Origin: Nitrospirota bacterium
GTDB lineage: Bacteria; Nitrospirota; Thermodesulfovibrionia; UBA6902
Reading direction: 5' to 3'
DNA length: 64,000 nt
Assembly: GCA_016213935.1 (NCBI GenBank)
Contig: JACQZG010000009.1
Span: 647 to 64,646, forward strand
Shown here: positions 1 through 9,915 of the stretch, piece by piece
Numbering within the stretch: the stretch's first letter is position 1
How the letters are laid out: the number at the start of each line of letters is the position of its first letter
Translations under genes and position numbers: made by a program
Notes under the pieces: model-generated
Told to the model about the DNA's origin: nothing
The model's input: only the letters and a program-made list of their open reading frames with translations
Database searches by the model: none

Positions 1-2
1 TC

Positions 3-1427
3 GGCGACTTCGGCCCTTTCTCAAGGATAGGCAAGAGCATCGGCTATCAGGTAACGGTAGGCAGTTCCACTTTTCTCATTGACTGCGGCGCGCCTCTTTT
101 CCAGCAGATAGGCGGCCACGGCCTCAAGAAGGTGAAGGGGCTCTTTGTCACGCACGCGCACGACGACCATAAACGGTGGTTCTCGGATCTCGCGCTCTTC
201 AATATGTACGCCCCGGATATCAACAGCAAGGTCTTCTTTATCACCTCTGAGGATGTTCATGAAGAGATTATCAATGCCTCTGTGGCGGCTCTCGACAGGA
301 GCCTTTCAGCCGATTCAAAAAAGATAGTTGATATTGCCTATGAAGAGTATGTTGATTTCAGGATAATGGGCCCGAGGGCGAAGTTCAGGATAGCCGCTCT
401 TGATGACGGCCCCGGCAGGAAGAAGCTCTCAATTGTTGACAGAAAGGGGAAGGTTGCCGGGCCGGAGACGGCAAAGATAGTCATAAACCCTCGTTCGAAA
501 AGGCCGAGGATGCTATTTAAAGACCCTTTTTCGGGTGAGTGGGTGGAGCCTGAAAGTTTTTACCCTTTTACGTCAAATGTTTTTTATGAAGAAGATAAAA
601 ACATATTCAGCAGCCCCGAAGGGTTTACCATTGAAGCAATAAAGGCGCCTGTCTGGCACGGCGTGTCGGCCATAGGGATAAAGATATCCACAGGCAGAGA
701 CAGATTAATATTCAGTTCGGACACTGTCAATAATATCGAGCTTTGGAAAGAACTTTACACGGAGAAGAGAGAGCAGAAACCCGGGATGCCCAAAGCCGAT
801 TTTGAGTCCGCTTCTATAATAGAGGGCGACATAAACGACTACATTGAGCGGATATGGAGCAGGGAAAGGTTTGACGAGGCGCTCAATGCCTTCAGGGATG
901 CGGTGGTAGTGCATGACATAACGATCGGGGCGGGCGCCGTGCATACTGAATATCACAAGCTTGACAAGACCAACCTCGATAAGGAGAAGGTCATACTCAC
1001 TCACAGCCCTGACAGGATAACCTCCGAGTGGGTCATGAGCAGGGCAGACAAGAGCTTCATAATAAAAGGCACCTCTTTTTACGAGATCGTTAACGGCAGT
1101 CTGAAGAAGATGAATGCCGATATCTATCATAAGGAAGGCGGCAAGTATTATGTCGGCTATAAAAACAGCGGCGGAAAATATACTGTCTATGACAATGGCG
1201 GCATCCTGAGAGTATCGTCAAAGGCCGAGAAAAATTTTGGAGAGCCCCTTTACAAGGTTGACATGTATGAAGATATTTCAGGGAAATATTTTCCGATGCT
1301 TGACTCTGATAATGAAAGATATTGGGAAGGGCCGGACGGAGGCGTGCAGCTTATAAAGTTCAATAGTGAAGGAAGTTCCGGTGTCCCTGTCAGCGACCGC
1401 AGAGACAGGTTATCGGAAAAAGGTTAG
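3..1427 (+). CDS. Metallo-beta-lactamase-fold hydrolase, 5' end truncated by window
   Basis: Frame is open from base 3 (GDFGPFSRIGKSIGY...FLIDCGAP); THAHDDH metal motif, later FSSDT and LTH motifs. Confidence 0.7.
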   Translation, partial: GDFGPFSRIGKSIGYQVTVGSSTFLIDCGAPLFQQIGGHGLKKVKGLFVTHAHDDHKRWFSDLALFNMYAPDINSKVFFITSEDVHEEIINASVAALDRSLSADSKKIVDIAYEEYVDFRIMGPRAKFRIAALDDGPGRKKLSIVDRKGKVAGPETAKIVINPRSKRPRMLFKDPFSGEWVEPESFYPFTSNVFYEEDKNIFSSPEGFTIEAIKAPVWHGVSAIGIKISTGRDRLIFSSDTVNNIELWKELYTEKREQKPGMPKADFESASIIEGDINDYIERIWSRERFDEALNAFRDAVVVHDITIGAGAVHTEYHKLDKTNLDKEKVILTHSPDRITSEWVMSRADKSFIIKGTSFYEIVNGSLKKMNADIYHKEGGKYYVGYKNSGGKYTVYDNGGILRVSSKAEKNFGEPLYKVDMYEDISGKYFPMLDSDNERYWEGPDGGVQLIKFNSEGSSGVPVSDRRDRLSEKG

Positions 1428-3447
1428 CGCGTTTTTGATCTCAAAACCTCTCAAATTTTCAAGTCTCAGCAAAGGCTTCATCAGGCCGACGTTAATCGTT
1501 CCTCTCTTTATAACACTCCTCTTTCTTCTTCTTACAAAGATCAACCCCTCGATAATAGACGAGCAGCTTGAGACGCTTTTTGTCGATTACCGCTTCAAGG
1601 CCGGCGATCTTATCCGCCGCCAGACCCCTCCGCCGGATATCGTGATAGTGACGATTGACGAGAAGAGCCTCTCACAGTACGGAAGGTGGCCCTGGCCGAG
1701 GCACCTGCAGGCCGGGCTCATAGATAAAATATTCGAAGGCGATCCGCGCGCCGTATCAGTGGATATATTTTATCCCGAGTCCGAGTCTCCTGAAGCGGAT
1801 ATCGCGTTGTCAGAGACCATTGAAAGGCAGAGGGGCAAATTAGTGATGGCTCTCGGGTTTGAGGGTGAGAAAGGAAAGGGTTTTACGGAAGATATCCCTG
1901 ACGTTCTTTATGAAGACGCTTTAATGAATCTCAAGAATGTGCAGTATCTGAAGGCTCTCGAAACATACAGGGTCCTCCTCCCGCCCGAGCCCATAGCTTC
2001 TTCGTCGGATTTCGGCCATGTTTACGCGCTCCCAGACATGGACGGGAAGCTGAGATGGGAGAATCTCTATATCAAATTCGGCGATGAATATTTTCCTTCG
2101 CTTGCTCTCAAGACAGCTCTGTCCGCGCTTAATATTCCTATGCAGGATGTGAAGGTGATCGGCGGCATAGGCATCGAGGCCGGCAATATCTTCATACCCA
2201 CAGACCTGTACGGGCGTTTGCATATCAAGTATTACGGCAGAGAGGGGACGGTCGCTCATAAGTCAGCGGCTGACGTGCTTTCAGGCAGAATCCCTGCTGG
2301 CCACTTTAAAAACAAGATCGTTATTATCGGGACTACCGCGATTGCCACATATGACACGAAGGTGACGCCGTTCTCGGCGAATTTTCCCGGAGTGGAAAAG
2401 AACGCCACAATAGTCGCCAATATTATAAAAGGCGACTTTATGACGCGCTCTCCCGTATATGCCGATATGCTTCTTGTTATACTTGCCGGGCTTTCCGCCC
2501 TTTTCATAGCACAGAGAAACATGAACTCTCTGTCGCTTCTCGCAAGCTTCCTTGCAGTCTTCATTGTATTTGTCACGGCAAATCAGGCGCTTTTCACATA
2601 TCATAATCTCAGGTTTAATTTTATATATCCTCTGATGACCCTTTTCAGCGTCGGGACCTTCGCGGTTAATTACAAATATTTTGTCGAGGAGAAGAAGGCG
2701 AGAGAGATAAAGAGGATGTTCTCAAGCTATGTCACCGAAAGGGTGGTGAATGAACTCATTAAGAGGCCGGAGATGGCAAAGCTCGGGGGCGACAGGAGAG
2801 ACGTCACGATATTCTTCTCTGACATAAGGTCGTTTACCACGTTCTCGGAAAAGCATGAGCCAGAAGAGGTCGTTGCCATGCTGAACGAATACCTCGGAGC
2901 CATGACCGAGATTGTCTTTAAATGGGAAGGGACCCTCGACAAGTTCATAGGAGACGCGATAGTCGCGTTCTGGGGCGCGCCTCTCCCTCAGGAGAATCAC
3001 ACCGAGCTTGCCCTCCAGTGCTCGCTTGACATGTCAAGAAAACTTGTCGAGCTTCAGGAGAAGTGGAGATCCGAGGGCAAGGCCCCGCTTGATATCGGGA
3101 TAGGGATTAACGCCGGAGAGGCCATTGTAGGCAACATTGGAGCGGAAGGCAAGAAGATGGACTATACGGTAATCGGCGACAATGTCAACCTTGCCTCGAG
3201 GGTAGAGTCTCTTACAAAAAGGTATAATGCCCGCATCCTGATGACGGAATTAGCAGTTGAGCGGATTCGTGAAAGCCTAACCGGCGGAAGGATAAAAGGC
3301 GTTTCAGCCGAAGGCCTTGAACGCGTTATCGTGAAAGGGAAGGATACCCCTGTCGGGCTTTATAGAATAACATCACTGGAGGAGGGGATGCCCTCTGTTA
3401 TTTCCGAACCCCGGCCCGGCGAGGTTCTTAAACTTGATGAAAAATGA
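1366..3447 (+). CDS. CHASE2-domain membrane adenylate cyclase (class III); true start probably near TTG 1435
   Basis: CHASE2 motifs IVIVTIDEKSL..GRWPWPR and PGVE, 3 TM helices, cyclase motifs FSDIRSFT, DKFIGDA, DYTVIGDNVNLASRVE. Confidence 0.9.
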   Translation: MKEVPVSLSATAETGYRKKVSAFLISKPLKFSSLSKGFIRPTLIVPLFITLLFLLLTKINPSIIDEQLETLFVDYRFKAGDLIRRQTPPPDIVIVTIDEKSLSQYGRWPWPRHLQAGLIDKIFEGDPRAVSVDIFYPESESPEADIALSETIERQRGKLVMALGFEGEKGKGFTEDIPDVLYEDALMNLKNVQYLKALETYRVLLPPEPIASSSDFGHVYALPDMDGKLRWENLYIKFGDEYFPSLALKTALSALNIPMQDVKVIGGIGIEAGNIFIPTDLYGRLHIKYYGREGTVAHKSAADVLSGRIPAGHFKNKIVIIGTTAIATYDTKVTPFSANFPGVEKNATIVANIIKGDFMTRSPVYADMLLVILAGLSALFIAQRNMNSLSLLASFLAVFIVFVTANQALFTYHNLRFNFIYPLMTLFSVGTFAVNYKYFVEEKKAREIKRMFSSYVTERVVNELIKRPEMAKLGGDRRDVTIFFSDIRSFTTFSEKHEPEEVVAMLNEYLGAMTEIVFKWEGTLDKFIGDAIVAFWGAPLPQENHTELALQCSLDMSRKLVELQEKWRSEGKAPLDIGIGINAGEAIVGNIGAEGKKMDYTVIGDNVNLASRVESLTKRYNARILMTELAVERIRESLTGGRIKGVSAEGLERVIVKGKDTPVGLYRITSLEEGMPSVISEPRPGEVLKLDEK

Positions 3448-3484
3448 TCGATGGCAAAACGTAAGAACGTATCGGAGTGAAAAT

Positions 3485-4252
3485 TTATATTCTTATTAAT
3501 TTATTGTCTGACAGGATCTCGGTTTTGACGCCTGTATTTTTTTTAAGCTCTCTTATAATTTCAGATCGGTAACTCGGCGATATGTGCGTAACGAGTATTC
3601 TGTCCGGGACTTTCTTCATCTTTTTCAGTTCTTCCGAGAGGAGTGAAGGGGTCAGATGGCCTGATAAAAGAGCAAGCTGTTTCATCGAGTCGGGGAATGC
3701 CACTTCTATTATCAGCGCCCTGACATCATGATAACTCATCATGTTCCACAATTTGTTGGTAGGCCCTGTATCTCCGGTGTATACGAGCGTCCTTCCGTTA
3801 GGGTCTTCGATGATAAATCCGTATGATGGAACGGGATGATTGACCTTTGCGGTACAGACCTGGTATCCGCTTATCTTCATGCAGCTTCCGGCGGCAATAT
3901 TCATGAATTTCATCACAGGTTTTTTTCTGTCAGGGATAGCCGTGAAGTCAGGCCATATGCGGTTATTGAAAATATTTCTCTTTATGTCATTGATGACATC
4001 TCTTCCGCTTATCACTGTCAGCGGTTTGCCGTAATGGCCGTTTACGAGATTCTCGGCAAGAAAAGGGATGCTGTTGATATGGTCGAGATGGGCGTGAGTT
4101 ATGAGTATATGGGTGATCTTTCTCTGGGCTATCTTGTTGAGGACGCACGTTGATGTGCCGGCGTCAAGGAGCAGAAAGTCGTCTATCAGAAATGCCGGAA
4201 GGTTGTGCCCCGGCATGCGCGCTCCAGAAGAGCCGAGTACCCTGATTTTCAT
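3485..4252 (-). CDS. 3',5'-cyclic nucleotide phosphodiesterase, class II / MBL fold
   Basis: LDAGT, ITHAHLDHI, FNNRIWPDF, YTGDTG, GHLTP motifs. Confidence 0.85.
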   Translation of the reverse strand: MKIRVLGSSGARMPGHNLPAFLIDDFLLLDAGTSTCVLNKIAQRKITHILITHAHLDHINSIPFLAENLVNGHYGKPLTVISGRDVINDIKRNIFNNRIWPDFTAIPDRKKPVMKFMNIAAGSCMKISGYQVCTAKVNHPVPSYGFIIEDPNGRTLVYTGDTGPTNKLWNMMSYHDVRALIIEVAFPDSMKQLALLSGHLTPSLLSEELKKMKKVPDRILVTHISPSYRSEIIRELKKNTGVKTEILSDNKLIRI

Positions 4253-4373
4253 TAGTGTTAACTATATCTTAAATAAACAGGATTTTCAAGTTTAAAAAGT
4301 TTTTTTCGACGAAGTGAAAACATGTGCTTAACCGTCTAAAAAGTAGTATAATTCAAGCAAATGGCGTTTTAAT

Positions 4374-5069
4374 ATGTTGCCGGAAGGCGTGATGATAATC
4401 GAAACCCTTAAAAAGAACAAGGTCTTCAGCGCTCTCACAGAGAGGGAGCTAAAAGATGTAGCTTCTTATTTCGAAGCAGCCGCTTTTAATAAAGGAAAGA
4501 CCATCTTTATTGAGGATGACCCTTCCGACTGGTTTTATATTGTGGCCGAGGGCAGGGTGAAGGTCGTAAAACATTCCATAAAGGGCAAAGACGTTATACT
4601 TGAGATAATATCCCCTGGCGAGGTATTTGGCGGGGTAGCCGTCCTCGACAGGAGGCCTTTCCCTGCTTCGGCAGAGGCGATGGAGACGGTGAAGGTTATC
4701 AGGATAAGCCGTAAAAACCTCTTTGCCGTCATGGAGTCTTACCCCGGCCTGAGCCTTTCGCTTGTAACATATTTCAGCAACAGGCTCAGAAATGCCCATG
4801 ACACGCTCAGAGACATCGCTACAGAGCGGGTTGAGATAAGGATTGCCTCTCTGCTTCTGAAGCTCTCTGAAAAGGCGGCTGTTGAGAAAGACGGCTTCAG
4901 AAAGATAGATATTCCCATGACGAGGCAGGAGATAGCTGAGATGGTTGGGACCACGGTAGAGACCGCGATACGAACGATGAGCAAGTTTCAGAAGGAAGGA
5001 ATGATAAGGACTTCGGGAGGAAGGATATTTGTCGCTAATGCGCCCCTGAGGGTATTTCTTCAATCTTAA
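4374..5069 (+). CDS. Crp/Fnr family transcriptional regulator
   Basis: cNMP-binding barrel (FYIVAEGRVKV, PGEVFG) plus C-terminal HTH TRQEIAEMVGTTVETAIR. Confidence 0.9.
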   Translation: MLPEGVMIIETLKKNKVFSALTERELKDVASYFEAAAFNKGKTIFIEDDPSDWFYIVAEGRVKVVKHSIKGKDVILEIISPGEVFGGVAVLDRRPFPASAEAMETVKVIRISRKNLFAVMESYPGLSLSLVTYFSNRLRNAHDTLRDIATERVEIRIASLLLKLSEKAAVEKDGFRKIDIPMTRQEIAEMVGTTVETAIRTMSKFQKEGMIRTSGGRIFVANAPLRVFLQS

Positions 5070-5140
5070 CGCATCCGTTTTTGTGCCAACCGGCGGAGTT
5101 GTTCAGACTTGATTTTATGGATATTCTTTAATTAATATCT

Positions 5141-6151
5141 ATGACCGTAAATCGGCAGGAGGCTGTATTGGATAATGATAGCGTGGAGAATGCTGAATAT
5201 CATAATGGCAAAGCCGTTCTCAATCTTTGGCTCGGCATAGCTTCCCTCATTGCGGTTCCTTTTTTTCTCCTTCTTGCGTGCCTCAGGTTTCTGGAGAGCA
5301 TCCTCCCTTTAAATATTTTTGTTTCACTCATAAAACTTCGCGAAACACTCTCCTCCCTTTCACCTTCGGGAATCAGTTTTGATTTGATTTTGTGGGCCTC
5401 CGTAATATTGCTGGTAGCATTGTTTCTGTTTTTTAACAGCAAGATGAGGCATCACAGCAACATGGCTCTCAGGTCAAGCGTCAGCAGGGATTTTGAAGAG
5501 CTTAAGGAAAAGACGCATCTCTCCGAGACATCAAAAGTACTCTCGCCGCTTAAGGAAAGGCTCGATGAATCGGCAGGCAAGGGGGGCAAGGTTCACAGGG
5601 ATGAACTTCTTAAAATATTTGCCGAGACAAAGAAGAAACTTGACACCATGGGCAGGGACCTCGCTTTTCTCTCGATAGACATAATGGATTCGACAGGCAT
5701 GAAGCAGGGCGAGGAGAAGGCGGCCATAGAGCATGATTTCAAGGAATATAAGCAGATGGTTGAGGAGATAATAAAGCGCAACGATGTGATGAAGTCCGCC
5801 TGGACTCCTGACGGCGTGATGATATGTTTTGACGACACGGATAAGGCCGTAAATGCCGCAAAGGAAGTTTTAAGGTCTCTTGATAATTTCAACAGGAACG
5901 TAAAGATGATAAAGAGGGATTTCAGGGTGCGCTGCGGCATCAATTCAGGCTTTGTGTACTGTGATGACTCCACGCCGATGGAGGAGATGAGCGACAGGGT
6001 CATAGATATCGCCGGCCACATGCAGAAATATGCAGAGGGAAACAGCGTTTACATGAGCAAAACGGTTCTCTGGCTGCTGCAGGACCGTTCGGGCTTTGAG
6101 CCTGCGGGGAAAGAGGTGGACGGGCTTGAGGCCTTTGCCTGGAAGGGGTGA
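5141..6151 (+). CDS. Membrane protein with atypical class III nucleotide cyclase domain
   Basis: Two TM segments, then FLSIDIMDST, WTPDGVM, VRCGINSG cyclase-fold motifs. Confidence 0.7.
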   Translation: MTVNRQEAVLDNDSVENAEYHNGKAVLNLWLGIASLIAVPFFLLLACLRFLESILPLNIFVSLIKLRETLSSLSPSGISFDLILWASVILLVALFLFFNSKMRHHSNMALRSSVSRDFEELKEKTHLSETSKVLSPLKERLDESAGKGGKVHRDELLKIFAETKKKLDTMGRDLAFLSIDIMDSTGMKQGEEKAAIEHDFKEYKQMVEEIIKRNDVMKSAWTPDGVMICFDDTDKAVNAAKEVLRSLDNFNRNVKMIKRDFRVRCGINSGFVYCDDSTPMEEMSDRVIDIAGHMQKYAEGNSVYMSKTVLWLLQDRSGFEPAGKEVDGLEAFAWKG

Positions 6152-6157
6152 GGCTCT

Positions 6158-6661
6158 TCAGAGCCTTTTAAGCGCCTGAAGCCTGCGCTTCTCTTTTTTT
6201 GAGAGTTTTCTATGATTTCCCTTTATCGATTCTGATTGAAAATCTTCTCCATCATCCGCGCCTTCATGGAAATTAATATCATCTTCAGGCGTTAATGCTT
6301 TGTTAAGCTTCCTCTCAAAGTCGCCGGAAGTGACGGCAATTATATTGTTTCTCAGCGCATGGTCATATATCTTTCTGTCTGAGCTTATGACAATCAGGCC
6401 ATCTTTTTTCCCTGCCATCATTTTTATCATGAGGTCGTCTGCCGTCTCCGCGTATCTTGAATAGATGACGGCGACACCGCCGGCTTTTTTTATCGTCTCA
6501 GAGGCTTCCTCTCTCTTCCATGCGTCAAAGACGATTGTTATTGAATGCCCTGTTGCCTTTGAATATCGTGAGAGCTTATCGATGATATCCTTACGAGCGC
6601 CTTCAAGGTCATTATGTCCGGTTCCGATAAGGTTATAGCCGTCAATCAGTAAATGTGCCAT
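6158..6661 (-). CDS. NYN-domain (YacP/Rae1-like) ribonuclease
   Basis: LLIDGYNL, VFDA, ETADD, ISSDR motifs. Confidence 0.85.
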   Translation of the reverse strand: MAHLLIDGYNLIGTGHNDLEGARKDIIDKLSRYSKATGHSITIVFDAWKREEASETIKKAGGVAVIYSRYAETADDLMIKMMAGKKDGLIVISSDRKIYDHALRNNIIAVTSGDFERKLNKALTPEDDINFHEGADDGEDFQSESIKGNHRKLSKKEKRRLQALKRL

Positions 6662-6842
6662 TAATGCATTATATCAGAAGATTACCTGTAACTTCTTGAA
6701 AGTATGTGGTTTAATAAAATAAATTCGTCGGTCCGAAAATATTATTAATAACTCCTTGCATCCCGGGGCATAGCAATGTTTGATTGGGCTTCGGACTATG
6801 TTATGGTATTATTATCGCTCAAATCAGATATGAGGAGATGAA

Positions 6843-7775
6843 TTGATGAAGGCTGCATTCGTATTCCCGGGGCAGGGGTCGCAGTATGTCGGGATGGGTA
6901 AAGATCTTTTTGATAATTTTTCCGAAGTGAGGGCGATATATAAAGAAGCCTCTGAAGCTTTAGGCTATGATATTGCCGGGATGAGTTTCAACGGCCCTGA
7001 TGAGGAGATCAATAAGACCTTCCGCACACAGCCTGCCGTCTTGACAGCAAGTTATTCGGCATATTTTCTTCTGAAGACGAGAGGCGTTAATCCTGTTTTC
7101 ATGGCAGGGCACAGCCTTGGCGAATATACGACACTTCCTGCGGCCGGGGTTTTATCTTTCAAGGAGGCAGTGATGCTTACCGAAAAGAGAGGCAGGTTCA
7201 TGCAGGAGGCGGTGCCTGAGGGCAAGGGGTTGATGGCGGCAATTCTCGGGCTTGAAAGGGCGCAAGTGGATGGAATATGTGATTCAGTAAAAAACGGCTA
7301 TGTCTCTTCCGCAAACTACAACTCGCCCGGGCAGATTGTCATTGCGGGCGAAAAACACGCTGTTGAAGAGGCTATGAGCCTTGCGAAGGCGGCGGGCGCA
7401 AAGCGCGCGCTTGCTCTTGCCGTGTCTGTCCCGTCGCATTGTAAGATGATGAGCCCTGCTTCCCAAAGGCTTTCAGAATTATTGAATGCTCTGGAATTTA
7501 ACACCCCCCATGTTCCGATCATAAATAATGCGGATGCTAAGATATTAATTAATCCGGCTGAAATAAAAGAGTCGCTCGTAAGGCAGCTCAATTCTCCGCT
7601 TTTGTGGGAAGATTCCGTAAAGGTGATGGCTGAAAAAGGCGTTGACACGATTATTGAGGCCGGCCCGGGGAATGTTTTATCAGGCCTAATCAGGAGGATA
7701 AACAAGGATTTGAGAACATTTAATGTTGGTGATACCAAAGGGCTTGAGGAGACGGTAAAGATTCTGGCTGGTTAG
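6843..7775 (+). CDS. fabD: Malonyl-CoA:ACP transacylase
   Basis: FPGQGSQ, TQPA, AGHSLGEY, VSVPSH motifs. Confidence 0.97.
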   Translation: MMKAAFVFPGQGSQYVGMGKDLFDNFSEVRAIYKEASEALGYDIAGMSFNGPDEEINKTFRTQPAVLTASYSAYFLLKTRGVNPVFMAGHSLGEYTTLPAAGVLSFKEAVMLTEKRGRFMQEAVPEGKGLMAAILGLERAQVDGICDSVKNGYVSSANYNSPGQIVIAGEKHAVEEAMSLAKAAGAKRALALAVSVPSHCKMMSPASQRLSELLNALEFNTPHVPIINNADAKILINPAEIKESLVRQLNSPLLWEDSVKVMAEKGVDTIIEAGPGNVLSGLIRRINKDLRTFNVGDTKGLEETVKILAG

Positions 7776-7835
7776 CCGGCTCTTTTCATATTTATATATT
7801 TCAGTAAAACCATAATCCGGGGATAAAGCTGCACC

Positions 7836-8453
7836 ATGATACTCATCGGTTATTTTAGAGACTATATACTTTTTTTGACAAATCTCTTTTTGGATTTTTG
7901 GTATATCGGTCCTGTCGTCACCATTATTTTTATTGTTGCAGTATGCGTTGAGCGCTGGCGTGAGTATAAACATTCGGGTTCCTTTATCCGTGAGATAGAC
8001 ACAAAAGGTGCAGATATTTTCAAATCGCATCTTGAAAATATCATAAAGAAGCTCGGTTATACGATCGAGAAGGCAAGGCAGGCGGATGGAAATGAAGTTG
8101 CCTTTATCGGCTTGAGGGATGACGTAAGATTTTTTATAAGAGCCGTAAGGAACAGGGGCGCGGTGGGATGGAAGTTTATAGAGGAGTCGCTTAAGGCCAA
8201 ACGCTTTCACCGGTGCCACGGCCTTATCGTTGTAACCAATAAACACTTCACTTCAAAAGCGAGGAGGCTTGCCATGGAGAACGGCGTCATGCTATGGGAC
8301 AGGGCAGACCTTATATCCAGCCTGTTTGATGCCAGGGAAGAGATTTTTTCAGATGATGAAGCAAGGGTCATGCGTCATGAATCCGTAGATGAATTCATTG
8401 CTGAAAATCATCTCATGCCCGGCGGCAAATCAGAAGATAATCTTCCGGGTTGA
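7836..8453 (+). CDS. Membrane-anchored Mrr_cat-like (restriction endonuclease fold) protein, active site apparently degenerate
   Basis: N-terminal TM, C-terminal VVTNKHFTSKARRLAMENGVMLWDR typical of Mrr_cat. Confidence 0.6.
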   Translation: MILIGYFRDYILFLTNLFLDFWYIGPVVTIIFIVAVCVERWREYKHSGSFIREIDTKGADIFKSHLENIIKKLGYTIEKARQADGNEVAFIGLRDDVRFFIRAVRNRGAVGWKFIEESLKAKRFHRCHGLIVVTNKHFTSKARRLAMENGVMLWDRADLISSLFDAREEIFSDDEARVMRHESVDEFIAENHLMPGGKSEDNLPG

Positions 8454-8481
8454 ATTTATTTTCATCATTCCTGGACATGAA

Positions 8482-8907
8482 ATGACGCCTGCAGATAAAG
8501 CCTTTGAAATTGCCGAAGAGATGAGGGAGACATTCAACCTCCTTTCGCCTTTCATAGAAAAACATACGTCCATTGTCTGCCCTGATTGCGATAAGGTTTG
8601 CTGTGCCGAGAGGCATGGATGTTACGACGGCGATGATATCTTTTTTTTTAAGGCTCTCGGCATAGATGTTTCACAGGAGGTGATTAATACTGGGGGAAAC
8701 GGGCCGTGCCGCTTTATCTCCGAGAAAGGATGCGTTCTTGAGAGGTGGAAGAGGCCTTTCAGGTGCACGCATTTTTTCTGCGACGCCCTCCTGAAAAGCC
8801 TTGAAAATGACAATGCCAAACTTTACCGCGCCTTTGTTGAATACTTCCGCCACCTTATCCGGTTGCGGCAGAAGCTTACAGGCGGAACCGATATTAATCA
8901 TGTTTAA
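8482..8907 (+). CDS. Cys-rich hypothetical protein (possible Fe-S/Zn cluster)
   Basis: CPDCDKVCC, CRFISEKGC, RPFRCTHFFC pattern similar to CxxCxxCC families. Confidence 0.55.
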   Translation: MTPADKAFEIAEEMRETFNLLSPFIEKHTSIVCPDCDKVCCAERHGCYDGDDIFFFKALGIDVSQEVINTGGNGPCRFISEKGCVLERWKRPFRCTHFFCDALLKSLENDNAKLYRAFVEYFRHLIRLRQKLTGGTDINHV

Positions 8908-9124
8908 AGAAATGAAGCTTAAGGCAGAGGGCATTATCTGCATGTCTTGCGCAGAAGATATGGAAACGCTCTTAAGAGAGAAAGAAGGCATACTCGATGC
9001 CCACGTGAATTATGCGGAAGAGTTAATCTCTGTAAAATATGACCCGTCCATTATGAGCAGTAAAGAGGTTTATGCCGCGGTGAGAAGGCTCGGTTTCCAT
9101 GTTAAGATCCTTTCTGATAACTGA
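8900..9124 (+). CDS. Heavy-metal-associated domain protein (CopZ-like chaperone)
   Basis: 74 aa from ATG 8900, GIICMSC metal motif, overlaps upstream stop. Confidence 0.8.
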   Translation: MFKEMKLKAEGIICMSCAEDMETLLREKEGILDAHVNYAEELISVKYDPSIMSSKEVYAAVRRLGFHVKILSDN

Positions 9125-9144
9125 GAGCCATTATTTCCCGGCTT

Positions 9145-9612
9145 TCACTTCCCGTCGCCGCCGTACATGCCTGCCTTAAGGCTTGCTTCAGCAAGGAGGA
9201 TGCTGACCGTATTCGCGAGGTTGTAGCTTCTGACGTTCCCGAGTATCGGAACGCTGACGGTTCTCTCAGCCCATTGTCTCAGCCATTCCGCGGGAAGCCC
9301 TTTGGTCTCGTTGCCGAATATCATTATATCCTCATCCTTATAACATGGTTTGTCATATCTCAGGATGCCCTTTTTTGTTACGAGCCAGGGCTCGCGTTTT
9401 CCAAGCCATAAAAGAAATTTCCCGGCATCATTGTGGATTGTCATTTTCAGATCGTCCCAGTAGTCCAGCCCTGCGCGCTTTGCCTTGCCTCTGCTCAGTT
9501 CGAAAGTGATGGGTTTTATTATATGCAGGCGCGCGTTCATTCCCACGCACTGCCTGGCTATGGCGCCTGTATTCGGGGGTATCTCGGGTTGGTAAAGAGC
9601 TATATGGAGCAT
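9145..9612 (-). CDS. trmL: tRNA (cytidine/uridine-34 2'-O)-methyltransferase
   Basis: LYQPEIPPNTG, RAGLDYW, FGNETKGLP, RSYNLAN. Confidence 0.92.
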   Translation of the reverse strand: MLHIALYQPEIPPNTGAIARQCVGMNARLHIIKPITFELSRGKAKRAGLDYWDDLKMTIHNDAGKFLLWLGKREPWLVTKKGILRYDKPCYKDEDIMIFGNETKGLPAEWLRQWAERTVSVPILGNVRSYNLANTVSILLAEASLKAGMYGGDGK

Positions 9613-9658
9613 CTTATCCTTATTGTTATTATATTGGAATCATATGTTAAAATCACAT

Positions 9659-9907
9659 ATGACAACAGGCCGCAAGAATATATTATTTATATTTGCGATG
9701 CTTGCCGTGTTTGGTTTTTTCTGGGCCATTTCGGGCGAGAGAGCGCATCAGATGCCGGCTGATGATAATCATATTTTCGTTACGGATACCGCGTTATGCA
9801 AAGGCTGCCACATTCCGGCCGGCAGTAATGTTGTGTCAGAAAAACACCCCCCGAAGTTCGAATGCCTTAAATGCCACAAGGCAAAAAGGGCGTCAGGCGG
9901 CCGTTAG
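9659..9907 (+). CDS. Small membrane-anchored/periplasmic diheme cytochrome c
   Basis: Hydrophobic N-terminus, CKGCH and CLKCH, extra His ligands. Confidence 0.75.
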   Translation: MTTGRKNILFIFAMLAVFGFFWAISGERAHQMPADDNHIFVTDTALCKGCHIPAGSNVVSEKHPPKFECLKCHKAKRASGGR

Positions 9908-9915
9908 GGCCGGAA

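Noticed and set aside
4374..5069. Crp-family protein as the cAMP receptor of the adjacent cyclases
   Set aside because: The pocket reads FGGVAV...PFPAS, lacking the FGE and R residues that bind cAMP in CRP; more like Dnr/HcpR-type members, so the link is unsupported
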